Notes: generated by a model not told the origin, from the sequence alone. A DNA stretch of 24,000 nt from a bacterium (GCA_029945425.1 JAQSDV010000002.1:558567-582566), one strand, 5' to 3'. Positions 1 to 7,608 are shown, counted from the stretch's first letter. Numbers and translations: made by a program.

Positions 1-106
1 TATATAATCGATATTATCGAAAAAGGCAAAGGTTTCGGGGCGTCACAGTTGTAATGGAGCCTGAAATCGCCAATAATCGTAACGCATTAACGCGTTGGAG
101 GCGACC

Positions 107-892
107 ATGTGGCGGCATAAAACCGACAGGCGGCTGATTGCGGCGGGATTATTCATCCTCGCCATGGTCATCGGCTTCAATGCGTGGAGAGACATGCAGC
201 CCAAGCCTTTTGTGCCCCAAAAGGCCACGTTGACGGCCTATACCGTTATTTCACGCGACGACGATGTCGCTGCGCTCAAGAATGACGACACGGCTGCCGG
301 TATCTTCTGGGCTGGCGATATCGTCGGCGAGCCGCCCGCCATAACGCCTTCTCCCGTTACTCCCACCGGACTGACGCAGCAGTCGTCAATGCCCCTGTTC
401 AAGATGGAAAAGGTTCCGCAGCAGTTATCGCCGCTGTTCGCCGCGCTTGCCACCGCCATCCAGCCGTGGACGAAAGGCACAAGCACGGTCAACGACATAT
501 ATATTGATTACCTCAGCCTGACGCCCGATCTCGACAGCGTCGGCGTCATGATAAACGGCATCCGTGGATATTTCGAGCAGCAGTATTGGGTTATCGTGGG
601 ATTGCGGCGCGACGCGACCACCTATCCCCGCGAAACGATCACCAAGCTTGGGAACATGCTGAAATCGGTCGAGTATTTCGTGTACCAGCTGAACGATGTC
701 ACGGCAAAGGGTGAAACGCTTGCCCAGACCGTGGTCCGCATCAACAAGGAAGGCATCCCCTTCATGCTGCGGACGGACAACAAGCCTGACTACGAAGCAT
801 TCATGAAACAGATGCCGGAAGACCAGCAGCAGTCTTTTGGCGGTTTCATCATTAATCCCGCGAAAGCAACTGTTGAGGAGAAAGCAAAATGA
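107..892 (+). CDS. Hypothetical membrane-anchored protein with an N-terminal TM helix and no recognised family
   Basis: The tracked ORF starts at a TTG at 95. The in-frame ATG at 107 follows a GGAGG at 97-101, so it is the preferred start. The N-terminus RRLIAAGLFILAMVIGFNAW looks like a signal anchor. The stop overlaps the bcp start as ATGA (889-892), suggesting coupling. I did not recognise a catalytic motif. Confidence 0.6.
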   Translation: MWRHKTDRRLIAAGLFILAMVIGFNAWRDMQPKPFVPQKATLTAYTVISRDDDVAALKNDDTAAGIFWAGDIVGEPPAITPSPVTPTGLTQQSSMPLFKMEKVPQQLSPLFAALATAIQPWTKGTSTVNDIYIDYLSLTPDLDSVGVMINGIRGYFEQQYWVIVGLRRDATTYPRETITKLGNMLKSVEYFVYQLNDVTAKGETLAQTVVRINKEGIPFMLRTDNKPDYEAFMKQMPEDQQQSFGGFIINPAKATVEEKAK

Positions 893-1353
893 CGTTGGAA
901 GTCGGCGATAAACTGCCCGCATTCAAGGGCGAGACGGACAAGGGCGCGATCAGCGCGAGTGACCTGAAGGGCGCCAACGCGGTCATTTACTTCTACCCGA
1001 AGGACGACACCCCCGGCTGCACGATCGAGGCCTGCGCCTTCCGCGACAACCTGCCCAAATTCACCAAGATGAATGCAAAGGTTTTCGGGGTTTCCAAGGA
1101 TGACCTCACCTCCCACGGGAAGTTCATCAAGAAATTCGAGCTGCCCTTCACCCTCATTAGTGACAACGATGGCAGCATCTGCGAATCCTTTGGCACATGG
1201 GTAGAGAAGAAGAACTACGGCAAGACCTACATGGGCATCGAACGTGCCACTTACCTCGTGGATGCCGATGGTGCGATACGTCACATCTGGCGGAATGTGA
1301 AGGCCGCAGGCCATGCTGAAGAGGTCTTGGACGAAGTTAAAAAGTTAAAATAA
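889..1353 (+). CDS. bcp: Thiol peroxidase Bcp (peroxiredoxin, AhpC/TSA family)
   Basis: YFYPKDDTPGCTIEACAFRD carries the peroxidatic PGCT cysteine and a resolving Cys five residues later. The rest (FTLISDNDG...FGTW..K..YGKTY.GIERATYLVDADG) is collinear with E. coli Bcp as I recall it. Length is 154 aa. Confidence 0.95.
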   Translation: MTLEVGDKLPAFKGETDKGAISASDLKGANAVIYFYPKDDTPGCTIEACAFRDNLPKFTKMNAKVFGVSKDDLTSHGKFIKKFELPFTLISDNDGSICESFGTWVEKKNYGKTYMGIERATYLVDADGAIRHIWRNVKAAGHAEEVLDEVKKLK

Positions 1354-1462
1354 AACAGCTATTTGAATGATTTAGTTAAAGTTAATTTTTAACTGCTTTT
1401 GTCAACGAAGATTTATACGGATTCAACTTGCAGAATCGTGAGTGGTTATGTAATGTAACGCC

Positions 1463-1684
1463 TAGTTACAAAACAAATTCTGCTTGCCTTTTGAATCGCT
1501 TACGGATTAATCTGCAATCACTTCAGTAAGACAAATCAAGCGGCAAACAGAATTCGAGATTGGTGGACTTCGGTCTGCCAGGGTAATCAAGCAGGCAGCT
1601 AAACTCCCCTGAAACCCCAAAACCCCACTTGGTTACCCAAAAATTGAAAAACCCCCGGACGCACAGTCCGGGGGTTTTGCTTTG
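1463..1684 (+). ncRNA. Candidate small RNA or attenuating 5' leader; family not recognised and 5' end speculative
   Basis: A possible sigma70 promoter is TTGCAG (1428-1433), a 17-nt spacer, then TAATGT (1451-1456). A GGAC-UUCG-GUCU hairpin lies at 1565-1576. A CTGCC/GGCAG hairpin lies at 1575-1598. An unpaired C-rich tract follows: CUCCCCU at 1604-1610, CCCC at 1615-1618, CCCC at 1623-1626. The unit ends in a strong intrinsic terminator. No ORF of 60 aa or more on the + strand covers 1354-1715. Confidence 0.3.
1646..1684 (+). terminator. Rho-independent terminator, possibly bidirectional
   Basis: A-tract, then CCCCCGGAC (1652-1660), GCACA loop, GUCCGGGGG (1666-1674), then UUUUGCUUUG. This is a 9-bp GC-rich perfect stem with a U-tract. 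It lies about 40 nt upstream of the next start codon. Confidence 0.75.
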
Positions 1685-1725
1685 TCCCCCGCGCTGATAC
1701 CCTGCAAGGCGGAGGATGTACAAAG

Positions 1726-2670
1726 GTGACCGAAGACGACAAACGCATTTTACTGGCGCTGATCTGGGCGCTGAAGCCATCCGACCTGTCGGTGCTGCAG
1801 GCCTGCCTGCAGGGCCAGGCCGATGCACAGATATTGACGCAAAAGGATTCCGCCAACGGTCATTTCCTCGCCCAACTCACCCGCATGGGTCTGGCGGTGG
1901 AGCAAAAGATCGCCACGCCGGATGACCATCCCGGCCGCGCAGCCCGCGCCCTCAACGACCTGACCACAGGTTACAGCCTGACCGCCAAGGGGCGCGAGGT
2001 GCTGCCGCAGGGGATCAAATTCGCCCTGTCCCGCGGCTACCCGCCCGAAGAAGCGCTGGTCGACAATTCGACGCTCTCCATCTTGCAAAAATACGCCTCA
2101 GCCGAAAACGCCGAGGCGATTAACAAGCTGGCCGGCCTGTTCCTCGAAGGGCGCGGCGTGCCGGATAACGAAAAACAGGCTGCCGCCCTCTACCGCAAGG
2201 CCGCGGAAATGGGCGACCGCCTCGCCCACAACAACCTCGGGATCCTTCACATCCTCGGCCGCGGCGTAGCAAAAGACCTGACTGCCGCGCATAACTGGTT
2301 CCGCCTTGGTGCCGCGCTCGGCAGCACGGGTGCGATGGATAACCTCGGCGAGATGTACCTGAAGGGCATGGGCATGCCGCGCGATGCAGTAAAGGCAGCC
2401 GGCTGGTTCCTGATGGCCGCCAATAACGGGTTCAAGCAGGCAAAGGCAAAACTCGGCGTGATGTATGCGGTGGGTGACGGCGTGCCGAAGGACGATGTGC
2501 AATCCTATATCTGGTTCAGCCTCGGCATCGCAGACGGGCTTGATGCCTCAAAGGAACGAGGCGAAGTCGCATCGCGCCTGACAAAAACACAGATAAAAGA
2601 AGCCGACAAATTCATCGCGGAATGGAAGCCGCAGGCAATTCCCTTGCCACCGGCCCAGAGTTATGTTTAA
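1726..2670 (+). CDS. Sel1-repeat (SLR/TPR-like) protein with an unrecognised ~110-aa N-terminal region and no signal peptide
   Basis: GTG start 10 nt after GGAGGA (1710-1715). There are at least five tandem Sel1-type repeats (A..LY.KAAE.G...A...LG..Y..G.GV..D...A..WF), e.g. ALYRKAAEMGDRLAHNNLGILHILGRGVAKDLTAAHNWF. Confidence 0.85.
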   Translation: MTEDDKRILLALIWALKPSDLSVLQACLQGQADAQILTQKDSANGHFLAQLTRMGLAVEQKIATPDDHPGRAARALNDLTTGYSLTAKGREVLPQGIKFALSRGYPPEEALVDNSTLSILQKYASAENAEAINKLAGLFLEGRGVPDNEKQAAALYRKAAEMGDRLAHNNLGILHILGRGVAKDLTAAHNWFRLGAALGSTGAMDNLGEMYLKGMGMPRDAVKAAGWFLMAANNGFKQAKAKLGVMYAVGDGVPKDDVQSYIWFSLGIADGLDASKERGEVASRLTKTQIKEADKFIAEWKPQAIPLPPAQSYV

Positions 2671-2678
2671 ATAAACTC

Positions 2679-2771
2679 ATGAAAAACATTGTCACCATCA
2701 TCCGCTCAACATCCCCCACCCGCATCAATGCGGCGGCGGCAGCGCGTGCGCGCATGGCTGCCAGCGGATAG
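2679..2771 (+). other. 30-codon mini-ORF with a run of five Ala codons; candidate leader peptide upstream of AlaRS
   Basis: MKNIVTIIRSTSPTRINAAAAARARMAASG*, hand-translated, with 8 Ala in 30 residues. GCG GCG GCG GCA GCG lies at 2730-2744. There is no obvious Shine-Dalgarno sequence, and GC-rich DNA makes Ala runs by chance, so confidence is low. Confidence 0.2.
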
Positions 2772-2866
2772 ATCAAAGCCCCTGCCAGCCCTTTTCCGTT
2801 AACATGGCTGGCAAATTCTTCACTCCCGAAACAGTTTGTCCGCCGCTATCATGAAAGCCGTGGACC

Positions 2867-4738
2867 ATGAAAAACAACATCAATAACCCGAACGACCTGC
2901 GCAATTCTTTCCTGAACTTTATGCGCGACAAGGGCGCTGTGATCGTCCCCTCCTCCGGCCTGTTGCCGCAGAACGACCCGACGACTCTTTTCACCGGCAG
3001 CGGCATGCAGCCGATGATCCCGTATCTGCTGGGCGAAAAACATCCGTCCGGCAACCATGTCGCGAATGTGCAAAAATGCCTGCGCACCGGCGATATCGAT
3101 ATCGTGGGCGACAATTCACACCTGACCTTTTTTGAAATGACGGGGCGCTGGGCCTTCGGCGCGGATACGGCTACCTATAAACGTGACCAGTTGCATTACA
3201 TCTGGGAATGGCAGGTCGATACGCTCGGCATGGACCCGAACAGGCTTTACATCAGCGTCTATCAGGGTAACGCCGCCATCGGCATCGGGCGCGATGATGT
3301 GGCAATCGGTATCTGGCAGGAACTGTTCCGCCAACGCGGAATTGATCCTGTTGTCGAGCCGGAGCCGTGGAAATACGGCGCGTCGCGTGGCGGTAAAATA
3401 TTCCTCTATGATGAAAACGAAAACTGGTGGAGCCGCGCGGGCAAGCCGGACAACATGCCTGTCGGCGAACCCGGCGGGCCCGACAGCGAAATGTTTTTTG
3501 ATTTCAACCCGTCCGGCGATCCGCTCGACCATCCCGCGACCGAGACGCCGCGCTTCCTTGAAATCGGCAACAACGTTTTCATGTCGCACAAGAAAACGGA
3601 CAACGGGTTTGTCGCCTTGCCGAAACCGAACATCGATTACGGCGGCGGGCTGGAGCGTATTGCCGCTGCCGTGAATGGCGATGCCGATATCTACCTGACC
3701 GCGTTTTTCACATCGCCCATCACGAAACTGGAGCAGCTGACAGGGCGCACATATGATAGCGCGCAGAAGGAATTCCGCGTCATCCTCGACCATACGCGCG
3801 CGGCCACATTCCTGATCAACGACGGCGCCCTGCCCGCCAACATCGACGCCGGCTATGTCACGAGGCGGTTGATGCGCCGTGCCGTTCGGATGGGATATAA
3901 ACTGGGGCTGACCTCCCTGTTCCTGTCTCAGCTGTCGGAAATCTTTATCGATGAATCGACCGCTTACCCCGAACTGACGCGTCAGAAATCGGACATCCTT
4001 GCCGTCATCACCAAGGAAGAACAGCAATTCCAGCGGACGCTGCATCGCGGCGAACTGGAAATCAAGCGCCACCTTGAACGTGAAGGCCAGGTCACGGGTG
4101 CCGATGCGTTTTATTTCTATGAAACCTTCGGCTTCCCGCAGGAACTGACATCTGAAATGTTGCGCGAACAAGGCTCGGAAATCATCGCACCCGAAGGTTT
4201 CACCGCAGCCATGCAGCAGCATAGCGACAGCAGCCGCACTGCCGCGCTCGGAAAATTCAAGGGCGGGCTTGCCGACCATGGCGAAAAAACGACCGCCCTG
4301 CACACCGCCACGCATTTGATGCTGGCCGGCATGCGCCGGATATTGGGCGACCATGTCCACCAGAAAGGCAGCAACATCACGGCGGAGCGCGCACGTTTCG
4401 ATTTCAGCCACCCCGAAAAACTGACCGAAGACCAGAAACGCGCGATTGAAAACTATGTGAACGACGCCATCAACGCCGATGCCGAAATGACGGTGAGCGA
4501 CATGCAAAAGACGCTTGCGAAAGAACAAGGCGTTGAAGGCAGTTTCTGGGAGAAATACCCTGACACCGTAAAAATTTACACGTTCAAGGACGCATCGGGC
4601 CATATCTGGAGTCAGGAACTCTGCGGCGGCCCGCATGCCACGCGCAGCAGCGACCTGCGCAGCTTCGGCACGTTCAAAATCCGCAAAGAGGAATCCACCG
4701 CCGCAGGCGTGCGACGCGTGAAAGTGACTCTAGATTGA
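2867..4738 (+). CDS. alaS: Alanine--tRNA ligase, short form: aminoacylation, tRNA-recognition and editing domains present, C-Ala domain absent
   Basis: Class II AlaRS motifs are present: NDPTTLFTGSGMQP, QKCLRTGD (Arg equivalent to E. coli R69), HLTFFEMTGRWAFG, IDYGGGLERIAAAV. The editing-domain zinc motifs HTATH and CGGPH are also present. The protein ends about 40 aa after CGGPH, giving 623 aa versus about 875 aa for typical proteobacterial AlaRS. Confidence 0.85.
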   Translation: MKNNINNPNDLRNSFLNFMRDKGAVIVPSSGLLPQNDPTTLFTGSGMQPMIPYLLGEKHPSGNHVANVQKCLRTGDIDIVGDNSHLTFFEMTGRWAFGADTATYKRDQLHYIWEWQVDTLGMDPNRLYISVYQGNAAIGIGRDDVAIGIWQELFRQRGIDPVVEPEPWKYGASRGGKIFLYDENENWWSRAGKPDNMPVGEPGGPDSEMFFDFNPSGDPLDHPATETPRFLEIGNNVFMSHKKTDNGFVALPKPNIDYGGGLERIAAAVNGDADIYLTAFFTSPITKLEQLTGRTYDSAQKEFRVILDHTRAATFLINDGALPANIDAGYVTRRLMRRAVRMGYKLGLTSLFLSQLSEIFIDESTAYPELTRQKSDILAVITKEEQQFQRTLHRGELEIKRHLEREGQVTGADAFYFYETFGFPQELTSEMLREQGSEIIAPEGFTAAMQQHSDSSRTAALGKFKGGLADHGEKTTALHTATHLMLAGMRRILGDHVHQKGSNITAERARFDFSHPEKLTEDQKRAIENYVNDAINADAEMTVSDMQKTLAKEQGVEGSFWEKYPDTVKIYTFKDASGHIWSQELCGGPHATRSSDLRSFGTFKIRKEESTAAGVRRVKVTLD

Positions 4739-4741
4739 TGC

Positions 4742-5143
4742 TTAATCTGCGCGCTTGAGCAGCGTTTCGATCTGTTGCGTCAGCATCTCGAAATCCACCG
4801 GCTTTTCGATATAGGCGGCGGGGTTCAGATGGTCGACGGCGGCCTTGTCGCGCGCATCGGTCAGCGCGGTCAGGAAAATGAACGGCACGTCGACGAATTG
4901 CGGATGCGCGCCGCGGATGCGTTCCAGCACGTCGAAGCCCGACATGCCCGGCATCGCGCGATCGCAGAGCACGATGTCCGGTTCGTTTTCGAGGAATTTC
5001 TGCAAACCCTCTTCGCCGTTCGCGGCCTCGATCACCTTGTGGCCCTGCACTGTCAGTTCGTCCAGCAGCATTTCGCGCACCGGTGCTTCGTCTTCGATAA
5101 GCAGAATCTTGGCCATCGGGCCCTCCCGTAACGTAATCTTCAT
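4742..5143 (-). CDS. Single-domain CheY-like response regulator (receiver only)
   Basis: KILLIEDE acidic pocket, IVLCDRAMPGMSG phospho-Asp context, FLTAL, and KP. An alternative start at 5116 (MAKILLIED) follows GGGAGGG. The tracked start at 5143 follows GGGGGAG. The gene lies 10-37 nt downstream of the kinase gene on the same strand. Confidence 0.9.
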   Translation of the reverse strand: MKITLREGPMAKILLIEDEAPVREMLLDELTVQGHKVIEAANGEEGLQKFLENEPDIVLCDRAMPGMSGFDVLERIRGAHPQFVDVPFIFLTALTDARDKAAVDHLNPAAYIEKPVDFEMLTQQIETLLKRAD

Positions 5144-5153
5144 CGCACTCCCC

Positions 5154-7091
5154 CTAATGGCTGTCTAATGGCAGCCTTACGGTGACGACTGTACCAACGC
5201 CTTCCTTGCTGCGCAAGGTGACTTCGCCGCCATGCAGCGCAACAAATTGTTTCACAAGGCTGAGACCAAGGCCCGAGCCCGGAATCCCAGCCGAGGTTTT
5301 CGCGCGGAAATATTTCTCGAACACCTTTTCCACTTCGTCGGCGGGAATGCCGATGCCGTGGTCATGCACCTCGATGAATACATAATTGCCCTCGGTGAAG
5401 GCCGCGACCTCCACCCTGTCCGCGCCCGGCGAATATTTCACTGCGTTCGACAGCAGGTTCGTCATCATCTGGCGGATCACCTTGTCGTCGAGGAACATAA
5501 CCTTGGGCACGTTCCGCGCCTCGAACCGGATTAAATGGCCGGGGGAAATATCCTGCTGGTCGTTCACAGCATCCTTGATGATATGCGACAAATCACACGC
5601 GCCGCGCTGCAATTCCAGCCGCCCGCTTTCCATCATATGCGCCGACAAAATGGTTTCGATCAGGCGCACCAGACGGTCGACGGCGGCGCGGATGGTGGAA
5701 CTGCGCTTTTCCAACGCCTCTTTCCCAATCGTATCGCCGCGTTTATGGATGATCTGGGCATTGCCGTCGATGATTGTGAGAGGTGTGCGGAATTCATGGC
5801 TGACCATCGACACGAATGTTTTCTGCTGTTCAACAACCGCTTTTTCCTTGGCCAGCGCCACGCCCAGCTCCGCCGTCTGCGCGGCCAACAACGCCTGCTG
5901 GCGCTTGTAATCGGTGATATTGGTCGTGGAAATGACGATCCCGTTGGTCGCGGGAATACGTCGCGCCTGCATCCGCACCCAAGTGCCGTTATGCATCTTG
6001 TATTCTTTGCTGCCTTTGGGGTTCTGCCACCATTCCTTCATGTCTTCATAACGCGGCTCGCCCTTTTCAAGGCCGACCTCGTGCGCCACGACCTCGAACG
6101 CCTCCATCACATGCACGCCGGGAGCGAGCAGCTTCGCGCTATGCGGGTACAGGGTATAATAATGTCGGCTGGCGAAGGCGATCAGGCCCTGATCGTCAAT
6201 CGCGATCAGCGCGTCTGGGCTGGCGGCAATCACGGCATCGGCGCGGCGGTTGGCGGCGGCGGCCTCCTGCGTGCGTTCCTCGACCAATACCTCCAGCCGT
6301 TTGCGGTATTCAACCAGTTCGTCTTCCGCCTTCTTGTGCGCGGTCACGTCGCGCATATGCAGCACGACTGCCTGCACCGTGACGTTGCGCAGCAGGTTTG
6401 ACCCGCTCGCCTCGAAATCCAGCCAGACGCCGCGTTTATGCCAGAACTTGAATGAGGTCGGCGTGGCATCCTCGCCGGAATGATGGGTCGCCAGCCAGCG
6501 GAACTGGTCTTCAAACTCCACCTTGTCACTGGCGTGGAGGAAGCTGAAAAACGGCTGCCCCATCACCTCCCAGATCTCGTAATCCATCTGGCGCGTGAAG
6601 GCGGGGCTGGTGTAAAGGATCGTGCCCGCCGCATCGAGCAGCACCAAGATGTCGTTTGAATGTTCGATGATGCCGCGGAAGCGTTCTTCCCCCTGCTCGA
6701 TCTTCGCCTCGGCCGCGGCAAGCTCCTTCAGCACCAGCAGTTTTTCCAGCAGGTGCTTGCCCAGCTCCGATTGCAAGTCGCCAAGGCTCATGACCTCGTC
6801 GATACCCATGTTCAGGTAGACGCGGCGCTTCATGCCGGGATTGTCGTCCAGTACCACATATGTCTTTCGGGGGAACAGGCGCACGATGCGCGCGATATCA
6901 TCACCCGACAAACCGGCATTGCCGTCGATAAAGATCAGGTCAGGATCGCGGTCGATTTCGGTCAGGCGATCCACGGGGTGCGTCAGGAAGCTAAAGACAT
7001 AGCCCTCGAGGTTGTTTACCATAATATCTTCTAGGGCATGCTGGGTATCCAGCCCCTTGGCAACAACAAGACTATTTAATATCTGCGCCAT
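5154..7091 (-). CDS. Cytoplasmic sensor histidine kinase: N-terminal receiver-like domain, coiled coil, two PAS-like regions, HisKA and HATPase_c
   Basis: The H-box is SHEFRTPLTII. The N, G1 and G2 boxes are LLSNAVKYSP, DHGIGIP and GSGLGLSLV. PAS-like segments include ERFRGIIEHSNDILVLLD and AVIAASPDALIAIDDQG. The N-terminus has DLIFIDGN but lacks the upstream acidic pair. No TM segment was seen. Confidence 0.9.
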   Translation of the reverse strand: MAQILNSLVVAKGLDTQHALEDIMVNNLEGYVFSFLTHPVDRLTEIDRDPDLIFIDGNAGLSGDDIARIVRLFPRKTYVVLDDNPGMKRRVYLNMGIDEVMSLGDLQSELGKHLLEKLLVLKELAAAEAKIEQGEERFRGIIEHSNDILVLLDAAGTILYTSPAFTRQMDYEIWEVMGQPFFSFLHASDKVEFEDQFRWLATHHSGEDATPTSFKFWHKRGVWLDFEASGSNLLRNVTVQAVVLHMRDVTAHKKAEDELVEYRKRLEVLVEERTQEAAAANRRADAVIAASPDALIAIDDQGLIAFASRHYYTLYPHSAKLLAPGVHVMEAFEVVAHEVGLEKGEPRYEDMKEWWQNPKGSKEYKMHNGTWVRMQARRIPATNGIVISTTNITDYKRQQALLAAQTAELGVALAKEKAVVEQQKTFVSMVSHEFRTPLTIIDGNAQIIHKRGDTIGKEALEKRSSTIRAAVDRLVRLIETILSAHMMESGRLELQRGACDLSHIIKDAVNDQQDISPGHLIRFEARNVPKVMFLDDKVIRQMMTNLLSNAVKYSPGADRVEVAAFTEGNYVFIEVHDHGIGIPADEVEKVFEKYFRAKTSAGIPGSGLGLSLVKQFVALHGGEVTLRSKEGVGTVVTVRLPLDSH

Positions 7092-7167
7092 CCCCTTTTC
7101 ATCCCCTGTCAGACATTATATATCATGAAACAGCGGCGATAAATGGCGGATGCTCTACCATTATTTC

Positions 7168-7195
7168 TTGACATATCAGGTCAGTCGAGTATATT
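7168..7195 (+). promoter_or_regulatory. Putative sigma70-type promoter for rplU-rpmA
   Basis: TTGACA (7168-7173), a 16-nt spacer, then TATATT (7190-7195), about 70 nt upstream of the rplU ATG. Confidence 0.5.
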
Positions 7196-7266
7196 GCCCA
7201 TCTCGGACGCCCTATGGCGCGCCGTAAGGATTCCTGATAAACACTTGAAATGAAACGGTCATAGCT

Positions 7267-7581
7267 ATGTACGCAGTCATTAAAACCGGTGGTAAGCAGT
7301 ATCGCGTGAAGAAGGATGATATCCTGCGAGTCGAACTGCTCGACGCCAAAAAAGGCGACAAACTCAACCTGAGCGAAGTTTTGATGGTCGGCAGCGCCGA
7401 TGGCAAAGCGAAATTCGGCTCCCCCATGATTTCGGGCGCGAGCGTTCAGGCAGAAGTTCTGGAACAGATCCGCGACGATAAAGTCATCGTCTTCAAAAAG
7501 AAGCGTCGCCAGAACTACCGCCGTAAAAACGGCCATCGCCAGAACCTGCTGGTTCTGAAAATCACCGGCATCACCGGTTAA
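7267..7581 (+). CDS. rplU: 50S ribosomal protein L21
   Basis: [14 protein letters not shown]...KV.VFK.KRR..Y.RK.GHRQ is the canonical L21 sequence. Length is 104 aa and it is followed by rpmA. Confidence 0.97.
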   Translation: MYAVIKTGGKQYRVKKDDILRVELLDAKKGDKLNLSEVLMVGSADGKAKFGSPMISGASVQAEVLEQIRDDKVIVFKKKRRQNYRRKNGHRQNLLVLKITGITG

Positions 7582-7608
7582 GCTTTCTAGTCTTTAGGAG
7601 AATATAAA

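Noticed and set aside
8-20. 13-bp perfect palindrome TCGATA-T-TATCGA at the extreme left edge of the window.
   Set aside because: It could be an operator upstream of the first gene. However, it sits at the window edge in AT-rich sequence with no context, is short enough to occur by chance, and cannot be evaluated.
1374-1395. AT-only hairpin (AGTTAAA / TTTAACT) followed by GCTTTTG, a possible bcp terminator.
   Set aside because: A 7-bp all-A/T stem is too weak to call confidently. The GC-rich terminator at 1646-1684 is the only convincing one in this gap.
2671-2866. Possible T-box riboswitch upstream of the aminoacyl-tRNA synthetase gene.
   Set aside because: The conserved T-box sequence (AGGGUGGNACCGCG) is absent. 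Only a weak GUGGACC resemblance occurs at about 2858, overlapping the start region. The leader is short, and no specifier-loop architecture was evident.
3116-4636. 506-aa ORF antisense to the AlaRS gene. Similar long antisense ORFs lie at 5535-6401, 7935-8924, 15456-16880, 18651-19670 and 17096-17779.
   Set aside because: Each lies entirely inside, and opposite to, a gene with unmistakable conserved motifs. Their translations are Arg/Ala/Gly-rich and low-complexity, as is typical of stop-codon-poor antisense frames in GC-rich DNA. No motifs were recognised.
7123-7536. 137-aa minus-strand ORF overlapping the rplU promoter and coding region.
   Set aside because: It is antisense to the unmistakable L21 gene and spans the divergent promoter region. 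No motifs were recognised.
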